NCBI GenBank assembly: GCA_964399945.1
Contig: CAYNRT010000001.1
Coordinates: 1-35,865, forward strand
Direction: 5' to 3'
From: an uncultured Candidatus Saccharibacteria bacterium
GTDB lineage: Bacteria; Patescibacteriota; Minisyncoccia; Minisyncoccales; CG1-02-41-26
Length of the DNA: 35,865 nt
In this document: positions 27,426-35,500 of the stretch, in pieces
Position numbering within the stretch: the first letter of the stretch is position 1
Layout of the letters: every line of letters begins with the position of its first letter
Notes under the pieces: generated by a model
Told to the model about the DNA's origin: nothing
The model's input: the letters and a program-made list of their open reading frames with translations, nothing else
The model's database searches: none
Program-made: the position numbers and the translations under genes

Positions 27426-28748
27426 ATGCTTGCAGATATATTTTCAACAATTGTCCTTTTTTTGAGAGAATGGTGGTGGCTTATTCTGCCGCTAATTCTT
27501 TATCCTGCTGCCAAGAATCTTTATCTTTATTGGATTGGCTGGGAAATTTTTTACAGGAGAGGAATTGATAAAGATTGGGGATTGTTTGAGATTATTCCAC
27601 CTAGTGAAATAGAGAAGCCTTTCAAAGCAATGGAGGATATTTTTACTCGTTTATGGCCCATATATGACGGTCCCTGCTGGCGCGAAAGGTGGTGTGGCGG
27701 TGAATTCCCGAGCGCTTTTTGGTTTTCCTTCGAAATTGTAAGTATTGAAGGAAAAGTGCATTTTTATATCCGCATTCAGAAAAAAGCACGGGCAACTTTG
27801 GAAACAGCAATTCAAACTCATTATCCGGAAGCTGAAATTATTGAGGTTGAGGATTATACGTTGAAAGTGCCGCAGGACGTGCCCAATAGAAAGTATGAAA
27901 TGTACGGTGAAGATTACAAATATTGGCTTGATGAAGTTATGCCCATTAAGACGTACGAATATTTTGAATCTTCTTTTCCAGAAAGTATTCCCGGTGAAAA
28001 AAAGATGGATCCTATTTATTCATTACTTGAACATCTTACTAAGCTACGTCAAGGTGAGCAGTTTTGGGTGCAGGCAGTTTGTGCTCCTGTAACCAATAAA
28101 GAGATACCTTGGGTGGACATGATTAAGGATAGGATAAATAAAGAGGTGGGCCGGAAGGCAAATGAGAAACCAAGATCAATAGTAAGTCAAATTTTAGGAT
28201 TGCTTTTTTTTGGCAAGCCGTTAGCAGTTGAAAAAGCAGCCGAGTCTGTTATTCCTCCAGAGATGCATCTTACGCCGGGCGAGAAAGAAACAGTTGCTGA
28301 CTTGGAGAAAAAGAAAGGCAAATACGGCTTTAAGGTTTGGATGCGTACTGTTTATCTGGCAGAGCGGGAGAAATACTTTTCTCCAAACGGAAAGATATTC
28401 AGAGGTTATTTGAGTCATTTTGTCTCCGCTGGTAATTTTATTATGTTTTGGTCTAAAACTCGCCCGCGGCTCCAATATTTTTTCCGCCGCCGTCGGGAGT
28501 ATAAGCGTAAAAGAGATATCTTTGAAAAATATGTCAAGAGACTGCCGCCGAAATATCCGAATATAGTAGAGGGCACTTCAATTCTAAGCACCCAAGAATT
28601 AGCAAGTTTGTTTCATTTTCCGCTTAAGGCTTCAAATCTGCCTCCGGGCGTACCGCGAGTTGTGGTAAGAAAAAGAGATTTGCCGCCGGGCGTACCCCTA
28701 GAAAGCGCGGGGCAGAAGGCGGAAGACAAACAAGCGAAAAATATATAA
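27426..28748 (+). CDS. membrane-anchored protein of unknown function (Trp/Cys-rich, basic C-terminal region with a tandem LPPGVP motif)
   Basis: 440 aa. Hydrophobic N-terminus (WWWLILPLILYPAA...YLYWIGWEIF). No catalytic motif recognised. C-terminus reads ELASLFHFPLKASNLPPGVPRVVVRKRDLPPGVPLE. Confidence 0.6.
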   Translation: MLADIFSTIVLFLREWWWLILPLILYPAAKNLYLYWIGWEIFYRRGIDKDWGLFEIIPPSEIEKPFKAMEDIFTRLWPIYDGPCWRERWCGGEFPSAFWFSFEIVSIEGKVHFYIRIQKKARATLETAIQTHYPEAEIIEVEDYTLKVPQDVPNRKYEMYGEDYKYWLDEVMPIKTYEYFESSFPESIPGEKKMDPIYSLLEHLTKLRQGEQFWVQAVCAPVTNKEIPWVDMIKDRINKEVGRKANEKPRSIVSQILGLLFFGKPLAVEKAAESVIPPEMHLTPGEKETVADLEKKKGKYGFKVWMRTVYLAEREKYFSPNGKIFRGYLSHFVSAGNFIMFWSKTRPRLQYFFRRRREYKRKRDIFEKYVKRLPPKYPNIVEGTSILSTQELASLFHFPLKASNLPPGVPRVVVRKRDLPPGVPLESAGQKAEDKQAKNI

Positions 28749-28784
28749 ATTGCAGAAAAATAATAATATAAAAAATTAAAATTT

Positions 28785-29969
28785 ATGAAGAGCATAAAAG
28801 GCGTATCTTTCTACAACAGCAGGGTGATTGTAAGGTGCGATTTTAATGTTCCCAAAGTACGGTTATCTTCAGGCAAAACCATAGTTGACCCTTTTAAAAT
28901 AGAAAGTTGTTTAAAAACTGTAAACTACCTTAAGAACAGCGGCGCTAAAATTATTTTAATCAGCCATTTCGGCAGGCCCTTAGAGAAGAGAAGAAGGGCA
29001 AGGAGAAAAAATTATTCTCTAATTTTTCTTAAGGAAACAATAGAAAAAGTATTTGGACAGAAAATAATTTTTTCGGAAAAGATTTTCGGCAAAGCTCTAC
29101 AAATGAAAATAAAAAAAATGAAGCCGGGACAGATTATTTTGTTGGAAAACCTGAGGTTTAAAAAAGGGGAAGAAGAGAACAGTAAAGCTTTTGCTCAAAA
29201 GCTTGCTGCTTTGGCTGACTCTTATGTTAATGAAGCTTTTAGCGTTTGTCATCGGCAGCATGCTTCAATTGTTTCTCTGCCGAAACTTCTTCCGTCTTTT
29301 GCTGGAATTCAGCTGCAGGAAGAAATAGAGGCGCTTTCTAAGATATTAAAACGCCCTAAAAAACCGCTGGTTGTTGTTGTTGGCGGATCAAAAACTTACT
29401 CCAAATTGAAAATGGTTAAGCCGCTTTTAAAAACTTCTGCTCATATTTTGTTTGGAGGAAAAATTTCGCGTGATATTTTAACTGTAAAAGGAATTTCCAT
29501 TGGTCCGGCTTGGCCTGATGAGAAGTCGAGAAATATTATAGAAAAGATAGATATTACTAACCCGAAAATTCATCTGCCTGTTGATGTTGTTGTTTCTCCG
29601 AATGCTGCGGGGAATTTATATGTTCGTGAAACAGCGCCTGGAAGCGTGAGGAAAGAAGAGGATATTTTTGATATAGGAGAGGAGACAATCAAAACTTTTT
29701 CAAAGATAATAAGGATAGGGCGTACAATTTTTTGGTGTGGCCCCCTCGGCTTTTTTGAGAATAAAAAATTTTCCAAAGGAACAGAAAAAATAGCCAAAGC
29801 TATAGCTGGATGTGGAAATGCTTTTAAAGTGGCCGGAGGAGGAAGCACAATTTCAGCTATTAGAAGCTTTGGTTTAGCGGATAAATATTCTTTTCTTTCC
29901 GCTGGCGGCGGCGCAATGCTGGCTTTTCTTTCTGGCGAAAAGCTTCCGGGTATTGAAGCTTTGGAATAA
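28785..29969 (+). CDS. pgk: phosphoglycerate kinase
   Basis: 394 aa. Contains VRCDFNVP, ISHFGRP, LENLRF, NEAFS.CHR and GGGAMLAFLSGEKLPGIEAL. Confidence 0.9.
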   Translation: MKSIKGVSFYNSRVIVRCDFNVPKVRLSSGKTIVDPFKIESCLKTVNYLKNSGAKIILISHFGRPLEKRRRARRKNYSLIFLKETIEKVFGQKIIFSEKIFGKALQMKIKKMKPGQIILLENLRFKKGEEENSKAFAQKLAALADSYVNEAFSVCHRQHASIVSLPKLLPSFAGIQLQEEIEALSKILKRPKKPLVVVVGGSKTYSKLKMVKPLLKTSAHILFGGKISRDILTVKGISIGPAWPDEKSRNIIEKIDITNPKIHLPVDVVVSPNAAGNLYVRETAPGSVRKEEDIFDIGEETIKTFSKIIRIGRTIFWCGPLGFFENKKFSKGTEKIAKAIAGCGNAFKVAGGGSTISAIRSFGLADKYSFLSAGGGAMLAFLSGEKLPGIEALE

Positions 29970-30012
29970 TTTTTTAAAAGCGTAAATTTTCTGTTTTCTA
30001 ATTTTATACTTT

Positions 30013-31170
30013 ATGCCCTGCCAGATAAAAAATTTAGCAAAAGCAGCCCGGCGGATAAGGAAAGCGATTGAGAATAATGAAAAAATCGTTCTTTTTTCAG
30101 ATAGCGATTTGGACGGAACAACTTCCCTAATAATTTTAGAAGAAGCAATAAAAGCTGCGGGCGGGCAAGTATTAGCCCGTTTTTTCCCAGACAGGAATGA
30201 GGAAGGATATGGGTTTACAAAAAAAGGCTTAAAATATCTGAAGAAATATGCTCCCGGACTTCTTATACTTTCGGATTGCGGCATATCTAATACGCAGGAA
30301 ATTAAAGAAGCGGAGAGACTCGGGTTTGAGACAATTATTATTGACCATCACGAAATATTAGTTGATTTGCCTTCTGCTTCTATTATTGTTAATCCGAAGC
30401 AAAAAGGAGATAAATATCCCTTCAAATTCCTGGCTGCTTGCGGTATCTGTCTTAAATTAAGCAGGGAGTTGTTGGGGGAGAATATCCCTTCTGCTTTAGA
30501 ACAGGATATTTTTACTTTAGCGGCTATAGGAACGATTGCTGATAAAATGCCTCAAAAAGAGGACAATAAACTGATAATAAAAGAAGGATTATCTTATTTC
30601 CCTTTTAGCTCTAGACCGGGCTTAAGAATATTTTTTGATATGTATCCAGATCTTTCCTCAAGAGAAGTTGTGCAAAAAATTGTTTCTTTTCTTCAAATTA
30701 CAACTATGCAGGAGCATTTGACAGAAAGTTATATTTTTTTAAACACTTCTAATCAAAAGAAACTTCAAGCTATGCTTAGAAGGTTCACAGCGGAGCAAAA
30801 AAGCAGGGCAGAAGCAATTACTGAAATAATTAATCAAATTAAAAAGGAAGATTTAACCGGTAGTTTGCCGGTTATTATAAAAAAAAGCAAGAATATCTCT
30901 GCAGCCTTAACAGGAGCCATAGCTTCAAGGGTCTATGCAGAGTTTAAGAAGCCAAGCTTTATATTTGCCTGGCGCGGTGAAATCATAAGGGGCTCAGCGA
31001 GATCCGGAAAGAAGATTAGTACAACTGATGCTTTAAAAAAGTGCTCCCTTTTCTTAGAGACCTTTGGGGGACACCCGCCAGCATCCGGTTTTAGCTTAAA
31101 GAAGAAGAATTTTAAAAGTTTTGAAAAATGTTTAAAAGCCTATTTTAAAGAAAAAAATAGGGTAAATTAA
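30013..31170 (+). CDS. recJ: RecJ-like DHH/DHHA1 phosphoesterase (short form of the single-stranded-DNA exonuclease)
   Basis: FSDSDLDGTTS, IIIDHHE, GTIADKMP and GGHPPASGF match RecJ motifs I-IV. At 385 aa it is shorter than E. coli RecJ. Confidence 0.7.
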   Translation: MPCQIKNLAKAARRIRKAIENNEKIVLFSDSDLDGTTSLIILEEAIKAAGGQVLARFFPDRNEEGYGFTKKGLKYLKKYAPGLLILSDCGISNTQEIKEAERLGFETIIIDHHEILVDLPSASIIVNPKQKGDKYPFKFLAACGICLKLSRELLGENIPSALEQDIFTLAAIGTIADKMPQKEDNKLIIKEGLSYFPFSSRPGLRIFFDMYPDLSSREVVQKIVSFLQITTMQEHLTESYIFLNTSNQKKLQAMLRRFTAEQKSRAEAITEIINQIKKEDLTGSLPVIIKKSKNISAALTGAIASRVYAEFKKPSFIFAWRGEIIRGSARSGKKISTTDALKKCSLFLETFGGHPPASGFSLKKKNFKSFEKCLKAYFKEKNRVN

Positions 31171-31191
31171 AAAGCATTGATATTAAACATT

Positions 31192-31635
31192 ATGCAAAAT
31201 CTTATTATTAATATTGATGGAGGATCACGAGGAAATCCCGGCCCGTCGGCCATAGGCGTTGTTTTTTCTGATGAGGACGGACGAATCATAAAGAAGTATT
31301 TTCAGTATCTTGGTGAAGGAACAAACAATGAAGCAGAATACCAAGCCCTTATATTTGCTCTAAAAAAGGCAAAAAGCCTTTTTGGCAAAGAAAAAGCGGT
31401 GAAAATGGAGATAGAAATTAAGTCTGATTCCGAGCTGTTGGTTAAACAGATGAATGGAGAGTATAAGATAAAAAATCCCAATATCCAAAAGCTCTTTCTG
31501 GAAGCATGGAATCTTAAGGTTGAATTTAAGAACTTAAAATTTTCATTAGTGCCGCGCGAAAAGAATAGTATAGCGGATAATCTTGTTAATCAAGCTCTTA
31601 ACAAGGAGGCGGCACAAAAAAAGTTGTTCTATTAA
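31192..31635 (+). CDS. rnhA: ribonuclease HI-family protein
   Basis: INIDGGSRGNPGPSAIGVV, NNEAEYQALIFAL, SDSELLVKQMNGEYKIKN and REKNSIADNLVNQAL (DEDD-type RNase H fold). Start taken at ATG 31192. Confidence 0.8.
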   Translation: MQNLIINIDGGSRGNPGPSAIGVVFSDEDGRIIKKYFQYLGEGTNNEAEYQALIFALKKAKSLFGKEKAVKMEIEIKSDSELLVKQMNGEYKIKNPNIQKLFLEAWNLKVEFKNLKFSLVPREKNSIADNLVNQALNKEAAQKKLFY

Positions 31636-31649
31636 TTTCAAATTAAAGC

Positions 31650-31675
31650 AAAAATCCGCCCTCAAGCGGATTTTT
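31650..31675. terminator. bidirectional rho-independent terminator between convergent rnhA and rnpB
   Basis: AAAAATCCGC-CCTCAA-GCGGATTTTT, with A/T runs on both sides. Confidence 0.7.
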
Positions 31676-31679
31676 ACTT

Positions 31680-32045
31680 CTGGCTGGCCTGTAAGCCGAA
31701 TTCTGTCATCCCGCTGAAAACGGGACGGATAATCATTTATCTAGGCCGGCGGTTACCCGACGGCTCAAGCGAAGCACCTTTTTGAGCAGTAATGCCCAAA
31801 AACTTTCTTCTTGCACCCGATAAGGATTTAGCCGTTTCACCTTCGCATTACTGCGAAGCTCATCCTGAAGGACAGGATGCCTTGGCTTTTCAGCTTCGGC
31901 GTCTCTGTTCGCACCTCTATCCCGCTAAAAGCGGGACGGCGGGTGTTACCCGCTATCTTTTTAGACCTCGCCGGAGGCGAGGAATGGGTGTTCGGACTTT
32001 CCTCCTTCCCGCTAAAAGCAGGAAGGCGATTATCCGGCCAGCCTT
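31680..32045 (-). ncRNA. rnpB: RNase P RNA, bacterial type A
   Basis: The minus strand reads GGCTGGCCGGATAATCGCC...GGGAAGGAGGAAAGTCCGAACACC (universal CR-I GAGGAAAGUCCG)...GGGTAACACCCGCC...GGTGAAACGG...GGCCTAGATAAATGATTATCC...ACAGAATTCGGCTTACAGGCCAGCC. The P1 stem pairs 5' GGCTGGCC with 3' GGCCAGCC. It is a GC-rich island in AT-rich DNA. End coordinates are approximate, within about 5 nt. Confidence 0.88.
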
Positions 32046-32167
32046 TTTCATTTTAATTAAAAAAGGTTTTTTGTCAATTTTTATTTTCTAAAAAACTAAC
32101 ATTATTCCTTGTTATTGTGAAATTCTACTGGTATTAAATATTACAGAAATTTTCAATAACAAGACTT

Positions 32168-33085
32168 TTAAATTTTCAAGTATTTTTGGACAGCTATTGA
32201 AAAAGAGGAGGCTCCCAATAGGAAAATAATTGAAATTTGCGCTCCAAATAAGAGAAGGAAATTGCGGCCGAAAAAGGATAAAATATTAAAGCCTAAAAAC
32301 CAATTCTGAAACCAGTTATTCAATAAAAGAAAGCAAATTAGAAGTAAAACATCAACTACTAAAATAGAGACAAGGCCATAGATAAAAACCTGAACTAAGA
32401 AAGGCGCCTTGATAAACCAATTAGAGGCGCCGACCAAGCGCATTGTTGCAATTTCTTCACTTTTTGTCAGAATAGTTAGTTTTATTGTATTAAGTACGAT
32501 CAAAAAAACCAAAACCATTAAGCCGGCTGAAAAAAATATTCCAGCATTGTTTACTTTTGAAGTAAAGGAAAAAAGACGCTCAATAACATTCTTGTTTTGG
32601 TAATAAGATATTTTTTCAATCAGTCCGCTAAAAGGCGGCTTGCTTAGAAAATCAGAAATTTGATCGTAGGCAGATAGATTTTTTGCCTTAATATTCAAAT
32701 AGGGGAGGAAAGGATTGCCTCCGACTTCTTTTAATGCGTCTAGATATAGAGAATCTTGCTGATGACGTTTGATAAACTTGTCTTTTGCTTGTTCTGCCGA
32801 GATGTATTCCACGGCTTCAATGTTTTCAGAAAACTGATAGAGTTTCTCCTTAACTTCCAATATGCTGTTTTCAGAGACGTTCTTTTTAAAATAAACCGAA
32901 ATATCTACTTTTTTCTGAGCTTCTTCTATTAAAAAGCTGCTTAACTCCCTGAATATAAAAAGAGAGGTGAGGGTTAAGATAGAGAAAGTCATTATAAAGA
33001 TAACCTGCAGGCTTAATCCTTTATTTCTCATAATATCCTGGAAGGCAAATTTAATTACGCGTTTTAGATTGGGCATAGATAACAT
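32168..33085 (-). CDS. ftsX: cell division ABC-transporter permease-like protein FtsX
   Basis: 305 aa. TM1, a large extracytoplasmic domain, then three TM segments. MRLVGASNWFIKAPFLVQ matches the FtsX signature. Downstream of ftsE. Confidence 0.85.
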   Translation of the reverse strand: MLSMPNLKRVIKFAFQDIMRNKGLSLQVIFIMTFSILTLTSLFIFRELSSFLIEEAQKKVDISVYFKKNVSENSILEVKEKLYQFSENIEAVEYISAEQAKDKFIKRHQQDSLYLDALKEVGGNPFLPYLNIKAKNLSAYDQISDFLSKPPFSGLIEKISYYQNKNVIERLFSFTSKVNNAGIFFSAGLMVLVFLIVLNTIKLTILTKSEEIATMRLVGASNWFIKAPFLVQVFIYGLVSILVVDVLLLICFLLLNNWFQNWFLGFNILSFFGRNFLLLFGAQISIIFLLGASSFSIAVQKYLKI

Positions 33086-33156
33086 AAATGTTAGATAGTA
33101 ATTTTAATTAAGGCGATGTAGTACTTCGAAAATCTATGGTATTGTCATATGTTTTA

Positions 33157-33846
33157 TTATAATATAAATTTTCCTTTTCTTTTATCTTGGATAATTTTAC
33201 CATGTTCCAAAGTAATTACTCTTTGCTCTAAATTATCAACGATTTCTTTGCTGTGAGTAGCCAAGATAATAGTTGTTCCGAAACGGTGTATTTTTTTAAA
33301 AACATTAATAACAGAGAAGCTGTTGTAAAGATCCAAGTTACCGGTCGGTTCATCAGCCAAAATAACTTTAGGTCGATGGCATAAAGCTCTGGCTATGGCC
33401 AACCTTTGTTTTTCTCCTCCTGAAAGTTCGTCCGGAAAATTATCACGTCTATTTAAAAGACCTACTATGTCTAAAACTTGTGGCACATCGCGCTTGATTT
33501 CTTCATTAGACGCGCCGATAACCTGCATAACATATTCAAGATTTTCGCTGACTGTTTTAGAGAAAAGAAGCTTATAATCTTGATGAACAACGCCAATATT
33601 TCTCCTTAAAGCCTGCAGTTCTTCTTTTTTCATTGAGGGAATGCTTTCGCCTTTGAAAAAAATGTCTCCATTGGTAGGCCTTTCTTCGCCTATCAGAAGC
33701 TTTACAAGAGTGCTTTTGCCTGCGCCAGATTTGCCGACAATTGATACAAACTCGCCCTCTGATATTTCGAAGGATACATTGTCCAAAGCGACTATTGGAC
33801 CGCTTTGGATTTTGTATATCTTGCTGATATTTTGGAATTTAATCAT
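33157..33846 (-). CDS. ftsE: cell division ATP-binding protein FtsE
   Basis: GKSGAGKSTL Walker A, LSGGEKQRLAIARAL signature and ILADEPTGNLD Walker B. Paired with ftsX. Confidence 0.9.
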   Translation of the reverse strand: MIKFQNISKIYKIQSGPIVALDNVSFEISEGEFVSIVGKSGAGKSTLVKLLIGEERPTNGDIFFKGESIPSMKKEELQALRRNIGVVHQDYKLLFSKTVSENLEYVMQVIGASNEEIKRDVPQVLDIVGLLNRRDNFPDELSGGEKQRLAIARALCHRPKVILADEPTGNLDLYNSFSVINVFKKIHRFGTTIILATHSKEIVDNLEQRVITLEHGKIIQDKRKGKFIL

Positions 33847-33855
33847 ATATAATAA

Positions 33856-34899
33856 TTACACGCGTAATTCAGCTTTAATAAAAATATTTATATCTCCATT
33901 TAATACCTTTTCTGCATTTGAAGTTTCTATGCCAGTGCGGTGGTCTTTAACCATTTTGTAAGGGTGTAGAATGTAGGAACGGATTTGGCGGCCAAAATCA
34001 GGCGAAGTCTTTTTCCCTTTTAAATTGTTTATCTCTTTTTCAGTTTCTTTTTCTGCTAATTGTGCAAGTTTAGAAATCAGCATATCTAAGGCTGTTTTTC
34101 TGTTGAGTCCTTGCAAACGCTCAATTTGTGATTCAGTTTTTATGCCGGTAGGGATGTGAGTGATTCTAACAGCTGATTCTCTTTTGTTAACATACTGGCC
34201 GCCTGGTCCGGAAGCTCTAAAGGTTTCTATCCGCAAATCTTCCGGATTAATTTTTATAGATTCTTTACCGGTAGAAGATATTTTGGGAATCACCTCGACG
34301 CTAGCAAAAGAAGTATGCCTGAGTTGCTTAGCGGAAAAAGGGGATATACGCACTAAACGATGAACCCCAGTCTCTCTTTTTAAAAGTCCGTAGGTAAAAG
34401 CCCCATTAATTTCAAGAGAGCATTCCTTTATGCCGTTTCTTCCTTCGCTCCCGCCCGGTTCGCCAAATCGTTGAAATAATATCCTATATTTGAAACCTTT
34501 ATTTTCTGCCCATTTTTGATACATTCGCAGAAGCATAGCTGTCCAATCTTCTGCATCTCGTCCGCCTGTTCCGCTTTGCAGGATAAGAATAGCCGCTCTT
34601 TTGTCATATTTTCCAGATAAAAGAACGTTCTTTTCAAGTCTTTCCGTTTTAAGTGTTAAAAGCTTTAACTCTTTCTTTAAATCCTCTAAGTCTTTATCTG
34701 AAGCTAAAGAAAAGAGGGAATCAAAGACATCTAACTCTCTCTTCAGATGCTTGATTTCTATTTCCCATTGTTGTTTTTTTTGCTGACTGTTGTCTGTTTC
34801 TTTGCTCCCTTGTTTGATTTTTCCACTTTTAATTTTGCTTTCCAGAAAAGCTAACGTTTCTTTTATTTTTTTTATTTCATTATCTATTCCGTTCTTCAT
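33856..34899 (-). CDS. prfB: peptide chain release factor 2, encoded as one uninterrupted ORF (no programmed +1 frameshift)
   Basis: 347 aa. SPF tripeptide (RISPFSAK), GGQ motif (SGPGGQYVNKRESAVRITHIPTG) and GTGGRDAEDW. Confidence 0.9.
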   Translation of the reverse strand: MKNGIDNEIKKIKETLAFLESKIKSGKIKQGSKETDNSQQKKQQWEIEIKHLKRELDVFDSLFSLASDKDLEDLKKELKLLTLKTERLEKNVLLSGKYDKRAAILILQSGTGGRDAEDWTAMLLRMYQKWAENKGFKYRILFQRFGEPGGSEGRNGIKECSLEINGAFTYGLLKRETGVHRLVRISPFSAKQLRHTSFASVEVIPKISSTGKESIKINPEDLRIETFRASGPGGQYVNKRESAVRITHIPTGIKTESQIERLQGLNRKTALDMLISKLAQLAEKETEKEINNLKGKKTSPDFGRQIRSYILHPYKMVKDHRTGIETSNAEKVLNGDINIFIKAELRV

Positions 34900-35112
34900 T
34901 ATTTAAATTTAACATAAATTACCCTTCAATAAAAGTTTTAAAAATAAAGGCATATAGAAACTTCTTAGTCTTACATGCAACGTGTGGGCTGTTTTTAGTA
35001 TTTTTAGTTGTTAAATCCAACAGCGCTTTAATTTTCAATTGATATTTATTTTTAGGATACCAAATGTATTGCAGTCAGTGTGTTTAAAAAGGAATATGGT
35101 ACTCCAGATGCC

Positions 35113-35351
35113 TATCGGATATTGCGTAAATAGTAGCAAAACAAGATTGAACAACGTAGAAAATAGAGAAATTTGAAAAATATAAGAATTTTAGAAGATA
35201 ATTAGTGGTGAGATAGGCGGTTGAAAGCTATCCGATATATATTTTCCGATATGCTATTTATAGCAGAAAATACAAAAAATTTTTGGACATAAAAAGCAAT
35301 TCTCAACAAATATATCCGATATATTTATCCGATATATTTTACTTATCCACA
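35113..35351. repeat. cluster of short TATCC-core repeats (ATCCGATAT x5, one inverted) ending in a perfect DnaA-box consensus, TTATCCACA
   Basis: Copies at about 35113-35122 (inverted), 35229-35240, 35244-35253, 35313-35325 and 35326-35337. TTATCCACA lies at 35343-35351. One further TTATCC box (TTATCCCTC) lies outside this span at 35475-35483. Confidence 0.6.
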
Positions 35352-35359
35352 ACCTCCTC

Positions 35360-35388
35360 TTGACAGGCAATTTTACTTAAAAGATAAT
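35360..35388 (+). promoter_or_regulatory. sigma70-like promoter (TTGACA-N17-GATAAT) for the HTH-repeat gene
   Basis: Perfect -35 at 35360-35365 and -10 at 35383-35388, immediately after the repeat cluster and DnaA box. Confidence 0.5.
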
Positions 35389-35418
35389 AAAAGTAGGGTT
35401 AGAAAGATTAGATAAAAA

Positions 35419-35500
35419 AGAAGGCCCAAGAAAAAGGGTCCGCAATTGAGTTAGGGTTAGTTTTTTAAACGGATTTATCCCTCTTTTCTTTAGGCCTTCT
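35419..35500 (+). promoter_or_regulatory. long imperfect hairpin in the 5' leader of the HTH-repeat gene
   Basis: AGAAGGCC (35419-35426) pairs with GGCCTTCT (35493-35500). Inner pairings are AAGAAAA/TTTTCTT, GGG/CCC and TCCG/CGGA. Confidence 0.35.

Noticed and set aside
31792-32091. 99-aa plus-strand ORF from the track
   Set aside because: It lies entirely within the minus-strand RNase P RNA gene. It stays open only because the region is GC-rich.
33856-34899. Programmed +1 frameshift site in prfB
   Set aside because: I looked for it, but the ORF is uninterrupted from the ATG and no CTTTGAC-type site is present. This is reported as an absence only.
35113-35351. CRISPR array, suggested by the repeated ATCCGATAT units
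   Set aside because: The repeats are about 9-12 nt, far too short. Their spacing is irregular (3 to ~100 nt) and one copy is inverted. No cas genes are present. An iteron, operator or DnaA-box interpretation fits better.
35394-35461. TTAGGGTTAG / TAGGGTTAG telomere-like repeats
   Set aside because: There are only two short occurrences inside a bacterial 5' leader. They are most simply part of the leader hairpin or its loop, and nothing else suggests a linear replicon end.
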